Assembly: GCA_964430885.1 (NCBI GenBank)
Contig: CAYSHM010000005.1
Location: forward strand, 64,001-128,000
Origin: an uncultured archaeon
GTDB lineage: Archaea > Thermoplasmatota > Penumbrarchaeia > JASLWR01
Direction of reading: 5' to 3'
DNA length: 64,000 nt
Made by a program: the position numbers and the translations under genes. This document shows, piece by piece, positions 19,096 through 29,034 of the stretch. Position 1 is the first letter of the stretch, and every line of letters starts with the position of its first letter. A model generated the notes under the pieces. The model was not told where the DNA came from and ran no database searches. It worked only from the letters and a program-made list of their open reading frames with translations.

Positions 19096-20409
19096 GTGAT
19101 TATTATGACTTGTAAAGCAGATGGAAAATACTGGGATCCAAAACTGGAAACATTGCCTGCCAGTAAATTGCAGGAGCTTCAATTGAAAAGATTGAGATGG
19201 ACAATCAAACACTCCTATGATAACAATGAGTTCTACAGAAAAAAGCTAAAAGGAGCAAATGTAGCACCGGATGACATTAAAAGCCTTGATGATATTCAGA
19301 AAATACCATTCCTGACCAAAGACGAGCTTAGAATTTACTATCCCTTTGGACTTTCCTGCGTTCCCATGGATGACATTATGGAGCTTCATGCTTCTTCAGG
19401 TACCACTGGGAAACCTGTTGTAGGAATATACAACGATAATGATCTCGACGTTTGGACGGAGATCATGGCAAGGGGGCTTTACACCAATGGAATGAGAAAG
19501 AAGGACCGAATGCAGAACGCCTACGGGTACGGCCTTTTCACGGGTGCTCACGGCTTTGAAAAAGGCGCTCACCGTATAGGCACCCTGGTCGCACCTCTCA
19601 GCAGTGGCAATACAAGAAGACAGGTTACCCTCATGAAGGATTTCGAAACTACTGCATTGGCTGCTACCCCCAGTTTCTGTCTCTATCTAGCCGAGGTGGC
19701 AAAGGAGATGGGATTGGAGCCCAAAGACGATTTGAAACTCAAGAGCGGTCACTTCGGTGCCGAAGCATGGTCGGAGGAAATGAGGGATCTGATCCAGGAC
19801 ACCTGGGACATTGAAGCATTTGACCATTACGGACTTACCGAGCTTATCGGGCCTGGAGTATCTACCGAGTGTGAGATGCATGACGGACTTCACATCAATG
19901 CAGATCATTTCTACCCTGAAGTTATCGATTCTAAGACCGGCGAGGTGTTGGGACCGAATGAGAAAGGGGAACTGGTATTCACCTCCCTCACAAAACAGGC
20001 TTTCCCGGCCATACGTTTCAGGACAAAAGATCTATCCATGCTTATTACCGAAACATGTGAATGCGGAAGGACCTCTCCCAGACATGCTAGGATAATGGGA
20101 AGGGCCGATGATATGATGAAGGTCAAAGGTGTTATCGTTTTCCCCTCCCAGATAGAGGAAGCGGTGATGAGTGTCGATGGTGTTAGTGGAAATTATGTTA
20201 TTGTAAAATCCAAAAAGGGCGTTCTGACCCAACTAAAAGTGAGGGCCGAACCCGTCGCTGGAACGCCAAAAGAGCGGTTTGATAAGCTGGCCAATGAGGT
20301 TCAGCAGGAATTGTACAGCATACTCAACATGAACGTCCCTGTGGAGATCGTAGAGGTAGGTGCCATACCCCGGAGCATAGGTAAAGCAGTCAGAGTAATA
20401 AACGAATAG
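19096..20409 (+). CDS. paaK: Phenylacetate-CoA ligase
   Basis: HASSGTTGKP A3 motif, YGYGLFTGAHG, GAEAWSEEMR, YGLTE, GRADDMMKVKGV; likely start is ATG 19105. Confidence 0.92.
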   Translation: MIIMTCKADGKYWDPKLETLPASKLQELQLKRLRWTIKHSYDNNEFYRKKLKGANVAPDDIKSLDDIQKIPFLTKDELRIYYPFGLSCVPMDDIMELHASSGTTGKPVVGIYNDNDLDVWTEIMARGLYTNGMRKKDRMQNAYGYGLFTGAHGFEKGAHRIGTLVAPLSSGNTRRQVTLMKDFETTALAATPSFCLYLAEVAKEMGLEPKDDLKLKSGHFGAEAWSEEMRDLIQDTWDIEAFDHYGLTELIGPGVSTECEMHDGLHINADHFYPEVIDSKTGEVLGPNEKGELVFTSLTKQAFPAIRFRTKDLSMLITETCECGRTSPRHARIMGRADDMMKVKGVIVFPSQIEEAVMSVDGVSGNYVIVKSKKGVLTQLKVRAEPVAGTPKERFDKLANEVQQELYSILNMNVPVEIVEVGAIPRSIGKAVRVINE

Positions 20410-20525
20410 ATAGGAGCTTCGCCGATCTAACATGGAACATTAGATTATGAATCCCTGATTGATAACAGAGAATGCTGGAATATATTCACTTTTGGAAAAT
20501 TTTCTCGAAAATTACTGGTGATAGA

Positions 20526-22427
20526 ATGGATCTCCTGAGCGATGAGATAGGTAAGAAGGAACTGTTGCTAGGCAATGAAGCCATTGTCAGAGGCGCTATT
20601 GAAGGGGGATGTGCACTGGCGGCTACATATCCTGGTACTCCCTCCTCTGAAATCGGAAATACCCTGCATAAAATAGCAAAGGATGCTGGAATGTTCTTTG
20701 AGTTCTCAGCCAACGAGGCAGTGGCTCTTGAAGTGGCTGCAGGTGCAGCTGTTGCTGGAGTAAGGTCCTTTGCATTCATGAAACATGTGGGTTTGAACGT
20801 GGCTGCTGATGCATTCATGACAATTGCATATACTGGAGTCAGGGGCGGTCTGGTGGTACTCAGTGCAGACGACCCGCAATGCCATTCATCCCAGAATGAG
20901 CAGGATAATAGATATTATGCCAAGATATCCGGCGTGCCCATGATAGAGCCATCTACACCGGCTGAAGCAAAGGAGATGATGATCTTCGCCTTTGATCTAT
21001 CTGATAGATTGGAGGTCCCAGTATTATTCCGAACTACTACCCGATTGAATCACGTGAAAGGAATTGTTGAGTACGGCGAAAAGAAAGAGGTCGTTGGAAA
21101 GGTTAAATTCGAGAAGGACCCACATAGGTTCGTTACGGTCCCGGCAAATGCAAGAAAGGGACATCTAAGGCTCCTGGCGGCCATGGAAAAGATGAAGGAA
21201 GAAACCGAAATATGTTCTCTAAACTATACTGTAAAACCCAAATACGGGAATAATGAAAACGGGACCAAGGTAGGTATAATTACCTCAGGAGTTACCTACA
21301 ATTATATCATGGAACTGCTGGAGAACGTTGATCTGGATATTGACGCTTCAGTATTGAAGCTTGGAATGACAAATCCACTTCCTGAAAGTATGATACTGGA
21401 TTTCGCTGATGAACATGAACTGCTGATCATCATAGAAGAGCTGGAACCATTTCTTGAAGATAGCTTGCTGGCACTGCTGAAGCATAACCGTCGAGATATT
21501 GATTTGAAAGGAAAAAGAGATGGACACTTCCCCAGGGCCTTCGAGTTCAACCCGGATATCGTTTACAAGGGAATGCTTTCTGCCCTGGATAGTGACGCTG
21601 GCATGGTGAATGATGAGGAAGAAGGCATCTTAGAATGGAAAAAACTTCCCGAACCTCCCAGGCCTCCGGTACTCTGCCCCGGTTGTCCCCACAGGGGAGC
21701 ATATTTTGCTGTGAAAAAAGCTACAAGAGGTAAAGCGATACATCCAATGGACATAGGATGCTACACCCTTGGAATCATGCCACCTCAATCCATAGGAGAC
21801 ATCTTGGTCTGCATGGGTAGTTCTGCAGGGTCTGCCGGAGGAATATCCCGTGTAATTGACGAACCCGTTATCGCGCATATGGGAGACTCTACATTTTTCC
21901 ATACTGGAATTCCCGCTCTCGTCAATGCGGTCCATAATCGCCACAACATTGTGTTGAATATAATGGACAACTCTACCACTGCAATGACTGGCCATCAGCC
22001 CCATCCGGGCCTTCCGATAGACGGTATGGGTGATCCCGCAGTAGCATTGGATGTGACAAAGGTATGTGAAGGTTTAGGTGTGGAGTTCATAAGGACGGTG
22101 GACCCGCTCAAAGTTAAGGAAACAACTCAGGCGTTCAAAGAGGCTTTGGAGTTCCAGGGAGCTGCAGTGGTCATTACAAAATCCCCATGTGCCCTTCTCA
22201 TCGACAGGGCTTACAGGAAAAAAGGGAAAGTCCGGACAAAATATACAGTTGACCAGGAAAAATGCCGGCACTGCAATCTATGTACAAGACAGTTTGCTTG
22301 TCCTGCCTTCTATGTGAAGGACAACGATCACTTTATAGACCCTGCAATATGCCTTGGATGCGGCGTATGTGCACAGGTATGCCCGTTCGGTGCCATGGTC
22401 CCAATGAAAGAGGAGGTGAAAGAATGA
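20526..22427 (+). CDS. iorA: Indolepyruvate:ferredoxin oxidoreductase subunit alpha
   Basis: LLLGNEAIVRG, YPGTPSSEI, MKHVGLNVAAD, RPPVLCPGCPH, GDSTFFH TPP motif, C-terminal 2x[4Fe-4S] motifs; ATG 20526 follows a GGTGA RBS. Confidence 0.95.
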   Translation: MDLLSDEIGKKELLLGNEAIVRGAIEGGCALAATYPGTPSSEIGNTLHKIAKDAGMFFEFSANEAVALEVAAGAAVAGVRSFAFMKHVGLNVAADAFMTIAYTGVRGGLVVLSADDPQCHSSQNEQDNRYYAKISGVPMIEPSTPAEAKEMMIFAFDLSDRLEVPVLFRTTTRLNHVKGIVEYGEKKEVVGKVKFEKDPHRFVTVPANARKGHLRLLAAMEKMKEETEICSLNYTVKPKYGNNENGTKVGIITSGVTYNYIMELLENVDLDIDASVLKLGMTNPLPESMILDFADEHELLIIIEELEPFLEDSLLALLKHNRRDIDLKGKRDGHFPRAFEFNPDIVYKGMLSALDSDAGMVNDEEEGILEWKKLPEPPRPPVLCPGCPHRGAYFAVKKATRGKAIHPMDIGCYTLGIMPPQSIGDILVCMGSSAGSAGGISRVIDEPVIAHMGDSTFFHTGIPALVNAVHNRHNIVLNIMDNSTTAMTGHQPHPGLPIDGMGDPAVALDVTKVCEGLGVEFIRTVDPLKVKETTQAFKEALEFQGAAVVITKSPCALLIDRAYRKKGKVRTKYTVDQEKCRHCNLCTRQFACPAFYVKDNDHFIDPAICLGCGVCAQVCPFGAMVPMKEEVKE

Positions 22428-23023
22428 TTGTGAAGAATAATGAAGCAGTCACCATTCACATCGTGGGAGTCGGGGGGCAGGGCGCACTGACGCTTGCCAA
22501 GGTCATCGGAAAAGCAGCATTGGATAAAGATGTCAACATAGTTATTACCGAAGTACACGGCATGGCACAGAGAGGAGGAGTGGTTCAGACCACCATAAGA
22601 CTTGGAAAAGTGAACTCGCCGTTGCCATTCAATTCGGATATAAACCTCCTTCTGGGATTCGAACCCCTTGAAGTATACAGAGCAAGGGATAAAATAACTC
22701 CTCTCACCCATGTAATATGCAATACCGATCCAATTTATCCGACGACCGTATCTTCCGGCGGAAAGGAATATCCGAAAACCGAGGATATAATTCACGAGTT
22801 GAAACAACATGCAAAGGGTTTGACGATACTCTCGGCCAATGAGAAGGCAGCAGAAACAGGTAATCCAAGGGTTGCAAACATAGTTCTCCTCGGTGCATTG
22901 GCAGCGACATCCATCCTACCCTTCACCAAGAACGAACTGGAAAACGCTATCAGAAAGACAGTACCAAATAGAGCCCTAGAACCGAATATTAGGGGTTTCG
23001 AACTGGGATACGAAACTGCTTAA
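22424..23023 (+). CDS. iorB: Indolepyruvate:ferredoxin oxidoreductase subunit beta
   Basis: GVGGQG, EVHGMAQRGGVV, NIVLLGAL; the ATG at 22424 overlaps the iorA stop (ATGA) after GGAGGTGA. Confidence 0.93.
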   Translation: MIVKNNEAVTIHIVGVGGQGALTLAKVIGKAALDKDVNIVITEVHGMAQRGGVVQTTIRLGKVNSPLPFNSDINLLLGFEPLEVYRARDKITPLTHVICNTDPIYPTTVSSGGKEYPKTEDIIHELKQHAKGLTILSANEKAAETGNPRVANIVLLGALAATSILPFTKNELENAIRKTVPNRALEPNIRGFELGYETA

Positions 23024-23069
23024 GATATCTAATTCTGGAAAATGAAGTTTGCAGTTTTTCATTTGAAAA

Positions 23070-24905
23070 TCAAATTTCCACCTTGAACACCTCCGCCCAC
23101 TGCTCATCAATGCCATCATTGTTCTTATCCGTGGCATTCCTATATAATAAATTGAACGGGTACTGGCTGAATTTGGCATAGGAAGCGGGTGTCATCGGCT
23201 CGGGCACTACACCCACTTTTTCTTGAACTCCAACATCCAGCATGATGTGGTCAATTACGATAAAAGATACAGGGGGCAGTCGGGTCTGATTTGTGGTGTT
23301 CAATTCATTTAGGCAGTCCCTCCAATCTTCAGCAAACCAGAGCCAATGTACATCATCTTCATAGGTCAGGTTCCTGAACTCACCCTTGCCGTAGATTACT
23401 TGGGCCAGACGGTGATCGGCAGCAACCGTGAGATTCTTATCAAGGTTGGAGAACATCCAATCTAGAACCGACATGAACTCATGTGAATAATCCTCATTGT
23501 ACCCGCCCACCGATTCACGCATGGGATAGGACGAGATACCGCTGGAAATAATGACCAGAATAACAGTGACTGATATGAATCCTTTGAAAGCTGAAGAAGA
23601 CCTGATAAATGGCTGGCGGAATGATAAAATGGGGCCCTTTAGCTTGGACCTATCTTCTACTACTTTCCCCATTCTATCCCTGTACTCCAATCCCTTTCGG
23701 TAATAGCTATACACTCCCAATCCCGCTACAATGCTCAGGGGTTCCATTAAGTATTCAAAATGTCTATCAGGGAAAAGAACGCGGTTCCCGGTAATAAGCG
23801 CTATTGAAGCTGAAAGAGTGATGGCTATCAACCAGCCCAATATATAGGCTCGTGCCTCGGATATCCAGATGTACTTCAGACCTAGAACCGTAAAGGCCAA
23901 AATGATAACCAGAGGCAGGGAGATAAAAACAACCTTCCAATTCAATTTTGCCGTTGTGCCGGGAATTGTGATGAAATGAGCTCCTGCCACCATCACTATA
24001 ACCATCAATAAAACGCAAACCGACAATATCTGAGAATCATTATTGCCAGTGTATTCAGGCTTTTTTATTTTTGAAAGATATTTTCGCAGATTATCGGACA
24101 TAAGAAGCATGAACATCAGGGCTACATAGAACGCTATTACAACCGCCAATGGGAGCATTTGGGTCCCTGATTTCATGAAGGAACTGAAATATCTCCCTGC
24201 CACAATAAGCCAATAGGAAAAGGCGGTTATGGTGAATCCCAATAGGTAGAGCATCTGATTTTTCAGATCCTCATTACCTTTGGGATTGAAGGCATTTCTG
24301 AAAAGGATCATCCCTCCTAGCGATATTATGTACATGTATGTGGTCAGATGATGGCTCATTATGAGAAGGGCAGAGGTGAGGACCAAAGGTATCAAGAAGC
24401 GTTTTTTCCGTGAATATCTCAAGAAAAAATACAGGCTAGATAGCATAAAGAAATGACCTATAGTGAGGGGCGCGGCATGGGAGGTTTGATAGAGATGTAT
24501 GGGATTTACAGCCACAAAAGCTGCAGAGATAAGTGCCAATCTCCTATTGGCAAACAGATCATTTACAATAAAATAAATAAGTAAGGCTGTAAGGGCTCCA
24601 AAAACAGGTGCGGTATAGGTTAATGACTTCATTATCGATAAACCTGTGAGTATGTGAACAACACCCCCCAATATGTAAAGTATTGGGAAATATTCGTATG
24701 ATCCGCCCCATCCTTCGTATGTATTGAAAATTGTCCCGTATTTTACAAAAGAATTGGTCAACCCATAGTACACTCCAATATCATTACCCCATGCCGCATT
24801 TGTCCACGCTGGAATAGAGCGCAGAAGAAAAGCAAATACAATTACTATAAAAAGAGTAAGACGGATTCTCCTATTCATAAATCCTAAAAAATTATCAATT
24901 CTCAT
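23070..24905 (-). CDS. Multi-pass membrane protein, putative GT-C-fold glycosyltransferase
   Basis: LLRSIP...WGNDIGVYY loop after TM1, YEYFP, SHHLTT, about 13 TM helices, soluble C-terminal domain. Confidence 0.6.
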   Translation of the reverse strand: MRIDNFLGFMNRRIRLTLFIVIVFAFLLRSIPAWTNAAWGNDIGVYYGLTNSFVKYGTIFNTYEGWGGSYEYFPILYILGGVVHILTGLSIMKSLTYTAPVFGALTALLIYFIVNDLFANRRLALISAAFVAVNPIHLYQTSHAAPLTIGHFFMLSSLYFFLRYSRKKRFLIPLVLTSALLIMSHHLTTYMYIISLGGMILFRNAFNPKGNEDLKNQMLYLLGFTITAFSYWLIVAGRYFSSFMKSGTQMLPLAVVIAFYVALMFMLLMSDNLRKYLSKIKKPEYTGNNDSQILSVCVLLMVIVMVAGAHFITIPGTTAKLNWKVVFISLPLVIILAFTVLGLKYIWISEARAYILGWLIAITLSASIALITGNRVLFPDRHFEYLMEPLSIVAGLGVYSYYRKGLEYRDRMGKVVEDRSKLKGPILSFRQPFIRSSSAFKGFISVTVILVIISSGISSYPMRESVGGYNEDYSHEFMSVLDWMFSNLDKNLTVAADHRLAQVIYGKGEFRNLTYEDDVHWLWFAEDWRDCLNELNTTNQTRLPPVSFIVIDHIMLDVGVQEKVGVVPEPMTPASYAKFSQYPFNLLYRNATDKNNDGIDEQWAEVFKVEI

Positions 24906-25022
24906 GTTCGATTCCCCTAATCTACTCTGTCGTCTGCAAGCCTCATATCAATGAAATGGACATCACAGACGAATATCCCGTTGTAAATGATATTGGAGCT
25001 ATTTGAATGATTTCAGTTCCGA

Positions 25023-28000
25023 TCATGCGGAGAATCTAGGCGGGCGCGGAACGTAATTCGGGAAAGTGGCGTTCTCTTCTGTTAGTTCAGCCGGTCCTTC
25101 TTCCATCAATGTTCCTGAGGGATATTGATCTCCATCTCTAGGATCCAAGGGTTCCAGTTGAGGGATATATTGAGCATCATCGTCATTATCTTCGGCTGGT
25201 ACTATCCTGGGAGGAGGAGGGCGCGGGGTCGAAATTGCGACATTAACAGCATATAGCCCCCTATCCTGCATTTCATTGCTGTTCATACCATTGTTATAAA
25301 TGTCATTTTGTTGAAAAGGGCTGCTGCCAGTTTGATATGCGGTATCATTTCTAGAGTTAGAGAAAGGCCCAACAGTATAGTGATTACCAGAGCCTTCCCA
25401 CGGAGATGAATCAGGGGTGATCATAAAATCGCCGACTTCATCACCATCATCATCTGTATCACTTCCCTTCTTTATCTTTACCAGGACAAAAATGACCACT
25501 GCGAGAATAATCAATAATACCAGCACTAGCACAACAATAATTACAGCATTTGAGGATGAACCGTCGTCTGAATTTTCCTGAATGTACCCATTGTTGCCAC
25601 CATCATCATCCAAATCATCATCGCCGATCCCGCCACCGGGTGAGTTCGGATCAGAATCCGTGGTCAATGTGAAGTTCCAGACTGGCGAGGACCAATCAGC
25701 TATTTCTCCATCCAAAAAGGGCTGAACGGACCAGTAATAAGTAGTGTCATTCCCACCATTCTCTGGTAACTGATCGAGTATGAAGGTATGATTTGATTGT
25801 ATCAGTTCATCCGCATATTCTGAACGGGGAGGATTGACCGTTCCCACAAGCACAGAATATGTTACCTGCCTTTTTCCAGGATAATCAAGTTCCCATTTAA
25901 GATCCGCCTTTTCGCCCTCTATGTTAGCTCCATTACTCGGTTCCTTTAAGGTAATAATTCCGGTCATTTCAACTGTGAATATCCATTGCTCTGATATATG
26001 AGGTGACTCGATACCGTCAAGGACAGGTACAACACGCCAATAATAGCTCATCATATCCTGAAGGCCTTCAAGTAGGGTATAATTTGAAGACACTCCATTG
26101 ATTACAGTTCCGTTAATGCCCGGTGAATCACCTATGATAACAATGAACTGGAGGGTGGAACTGCCGTTATAGGTGTAGTTCCATTCCAATCCAACCTCCT
26201 GACCTGATACCAATCCATTAAGGGATGGGAACAATAAGCCTATTGAGACGGGATAACTTACGGAAAAATGGAAAATCTCGGACTGGGGTCCTCGGGATAT
26301 CCAGTTCAATCGAGCCTTAATACACCAGTAATAGGTGGCCCCATCCTCCAGGTCCCATAAATTGACCAAACTGCCGGAATTATTAAGTAAATACGGTTCA
26401 AGCTCATCTTGCTCGACACCCATAAATATATCGAAGGTCAGCTTTTGATTCCCAATATATTCAAAGTCCCAGGCCAACTCTGCATTGTAACCATATACCC
26501 AAGAGCGATTGGATGGTTGGGTAAGAGTAATAAGAACATCCAGTTCCACAGTAAAATCAAAGACCGCAGAGCTCCAAACCGCCAGGTCTCCGTCAACATA
26601 AGGAATCACCTTCCAGTAATATGTCTCACCGTCCTTGAGACCCGTTACCATGGTAGTGGTATCCGAAATAAAAGAAGCTACAATCCCCGATGGAGGTGTT
26701 TCGGCCCCTAAGAGAACATCAAATCGAACCCCACCCGATCCAGAGTAATCCAGGTCCCACTGTAGTTCTATGGAAGTAGTATTGATAATATCTCCCTTAT
26801 CCGGAAAAGTTGGTTCAACAGAGCCTTGAGGGAGCAGAATGTCAAAGGAAAATGATATCTCTTGCTCAGTGAAATCTTCATCGTACAGATCGTCATATAT
26901 CACGGTAACCTCGTCCCCTCCCATCACCTTGATTTCGGAATCCGGTTTCGATGATGAAGAGGATAGCGTCACCTGACCCTGAAAAATGCCCGTATCATCA
27001 CCGCTTTCCGTCAAAGAAAAGGTAATGCCTTCATTGTCGCTGTCAGAATATATGCTCAGTTGAAGTTCTTCAATTTTTGTGGAATTCCCATTGGCATCCT
27101 TATCATTCACAATGACCGTTACTGCCTCACCGGTATAGAAATCTGTGCCCTGATCCCCGATACCTCCGGAAATCTCAAGGGTTCCAGTTGCAGTACCGTA
27201 AATATCCCATAGACTGGAAAAGTAATCGGAAGCTTGATCTGCAAAACTGCTGTTGCTTACAAGCAGATTTGTATTAAGCTGATCATAGAGAGCCTCATAT
27301 GCCCAATTGGTACTCCCCAAAAGGACCTTATCATCGCATAAAATAAGTTTTGCATGTGTATTCTTGTCAACACTGTCCACCACAGAGGGAATTCTGCTCT
27401 CTCTCAATAAATCCAGGGCGTTCAAGTTGTCAGCGCTCACATAATCCATATAAGTGGTTTGCTCGAGAATAACCTTCACATCAACTCCTCTGTTGTATGC
27501 ATTCTCTATTTTGCTTAACAGGATCTGTGCAGCCTGAGATTCGCTTATATGATACATAATTAGACGGATTTCATCAGACGCTCCATCAATAATAACCGCA
27601 GCCTCATCGTAATATTCATCGCAAACAACGGTTTTTATACCGTTATGATCGACTGCTGATAACGTAGGACAAGTGGTCTGGTCCGCCCAAATGCTCTCGT
27701 AATAGGATTTGAAAAAAGTTCCAACCGCGGTTGAGTTGACCAATACATTCGCCTCATGATTTTCGAAGGTTGATTTCAGATCCCAATTGGTACTGCCTAA
27801 AAGCACTTTGTCATCAGCCACAACCATCTTGGAATGAAGTTTAATATCATTACCATCCATCTTCACCTCCACACCATTTCCAATCAAATGGTCCTTGGTA
27901 TCGTTGTTTTCCGGAGGCGTATTATCCATTAGAAATCTGACATCCGCACCCCTTCCGTGAGCATCAATAAGAGACTGGTAAAGCTGGGATACAGAGTACT

Positions 28001-28706
28001 CCGGATGTGACGGATACAGGATGGAAAGGTACTGAAGAACATAGACATAGTCATCTGCTTCCTCTATGAGACCTATGGCTTCTGAGGCGTAATTATTATC
28101 GGTAACCAGTTTCCCACCACCACCTTGGACAATGGGTGAATTGAGTTCGCCCGGAGTCGGAACATTGATGGATTCCCAATTGTCAACTCCGTCAGGAATC
28201 CTAGCTATCGAAATATCATCGGCTGTGCTGTCGAATTGAAAAAAATCCACGATTCCGCTCTGATCATCAAGTAGATTCACCCAGTCTCCTGCGTTATTGA
28301 GGCCTACGCCTGTCTGGGAGCCGTAGAATACCATAACCTCGCCGGGACCTATACTCGTTCCACCAGGTATGGAATAAGGAGATGTACCACCAGCGGAAAC
28401 GTCATCCAGCTGCCATCCCGATATGTCAACAGAGGCATCCCCTTTATTGTAAAGCTCGATCCATTCGTCATCACCGTAATCCAAGGCGCCTGAACCGTCC
28501 CAATCATAGTTCGGATCGGCCAGGAATTCGTTGATAACTATCGGCCCAGCACGGGTATTTTTTTTTAAAAAATGGCCTAGCTGAAACTTCACCTCAATGT
28601 CAGAGTCAGAAGGAAACAAAAAGGCTGATAAGAGTGAAAAGGATATTAATAACGACAAAATGAAAATAACTGAACTTTTCATAGATTCACCTATTCCTGT
28701 CTGCAA
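25023..28706 (-). CDS. Membrane-anchored extracellular enzyme: lamin-tail domain, two PLD (HKD) domains and Ig/FnIII-like repeats
   Basis: Signal/TM; INEFLADP...EWIELYN...PTPG (LTD); LHSKMVVADDKVLLGSTNW and THAKLILCDDKVLLGSTNW; four L.W...TYYW.V.P repeats; C-terminal TM and Pro-rich tail. Confidence 0.85.
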   Translation of the reverse strand: MQTGIGESMKSSVIFILSLLISFSLLSAFLFPSDSDIEVKFQLGHFLKKNTRAGPIVINEFLADPNYDWDGSGALDYGDDEWIELYNKGDASVDISGWQLDDVSAGGTSPYSIPGGTSIGPGEVMVFYGSQTGVGLNNAGDWVNLLDDQSGIVDFFQFDSTADDISIARIPDGVDNWESINVPTPGELNSPIVQGGGGKLVTDNNYASEAIGLIEEADDYVYVLQYLSILYPSHPEYSVSQLYQSLIDAHGRGADVRFLMDNTPPENNDTKDHLIGNGVEVKMDGNDIKLHSKMVVADDKVLLGSTNWDLKSTFENHEANVLVNSTAVGTFFKSYYESIWADQTTCPTLSAVDHNGIKTVVCDEYYDEAAVIIDGASDEIRLIMYHISESQAAQILLSKIENAYNRGVDVKVILEQTTYMDYVSADNLNALDLLRESRIPSVVDSVDKNTHAKLILCDDKVLLGSTNWAYEALYDQLNTNLLVSNSSFADQASDYFSSLWDIYGTATGTLEISGGIGDQGTDFYTGEAVTVIVNDKDANGNSTKIEELQLSIYSDSDNEGITFSLTESGDDTGIFQGQVTLSSSSSKPDSEIKVMGGDEVTVIYDDLYDEDFTEQEISFSFDILLPQGSVEPTFPDKGDIINTTSIELQWDLDYSGSGGVRFDVLLGAETPPSGIVASFISDTTTMVTGLKDGETYYWKVIPYVDGDLAVWSSAVFDFTVELDVLITLTQPSNRSWVYGYNAELAWDFEYIGNQKLTFDIFMGVEQDELEPYLLNNSGSLVNLWDLEDGATYYWCIKARLNWISRGPQSEIFHFSVSYPVSIGLLFPSLNGLVSGQEVGLEWNYTYNGSSTLQFIVIIGDSPGINGTVINGVSSNYTLLEGLQDMMSYYWRVVPVLDGIESPHISEQWIFTVEMTGIITLKEPSNGANIEGEKADLKWELDYPGKRQVTYSVLVGTVNPPRSEYADELIQSNHTFILDQLPENGGNDTTYYWSVQPFLDGEIADWSSPVWNFTLTTDSDPNSPGGGIGDDDLDDDGGNNGYIQENSDDGSSSNAVIIVVLVLVLLIILAVVIFVLVKIKKGSDTDDDGDEVGDFMITPDSSPWEGSGNHYTVGPFSNSRNDTAYQTGSSPFQQNDIYNNGMNSNEMQDRGLYAVNVAISTPRPPPPRIVPAEDNDDDAQYIPQLEPLDPRDGDQYPSGTLMEEGPAELTEENATFPNYVPRPPRFSA

Positions 28707-29034
28707 CTGGCCATATGCAGCCTATAAATTCCAAAAGAAAATCCGAACGCTTTGTCAGTAAGTGTTCTGTAAAATAAATTGCTGTCCTATATTAATCTGT
28801 TTCTCAGAATTGGACATATCTTGCAAATGGGGCCATTCTAAAAAACATTTCATATCTAAATATACTTTGCAGACCGTCATTTCGAGCTTCATACCAAAAC
28901 AAATATATTGATACAAATAAATTATTAAGAAACAAGTCGTTTACAATATAGATTAAACTAAGTGTTTTAATTATTAAAAATTCAGGCAATATAAGAAGCG
29001 GGCAACTTTGAACAAAAATGCAAGAGGTAATAAC

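Noticed and set aside
22262-22423. Cys-rich N-terminal extension of IorB in the ORF track
   Set aside because: Alternate-frame read of the iorA ferredoxin region; the real start is the ATGA-coupled ATG at 22424.
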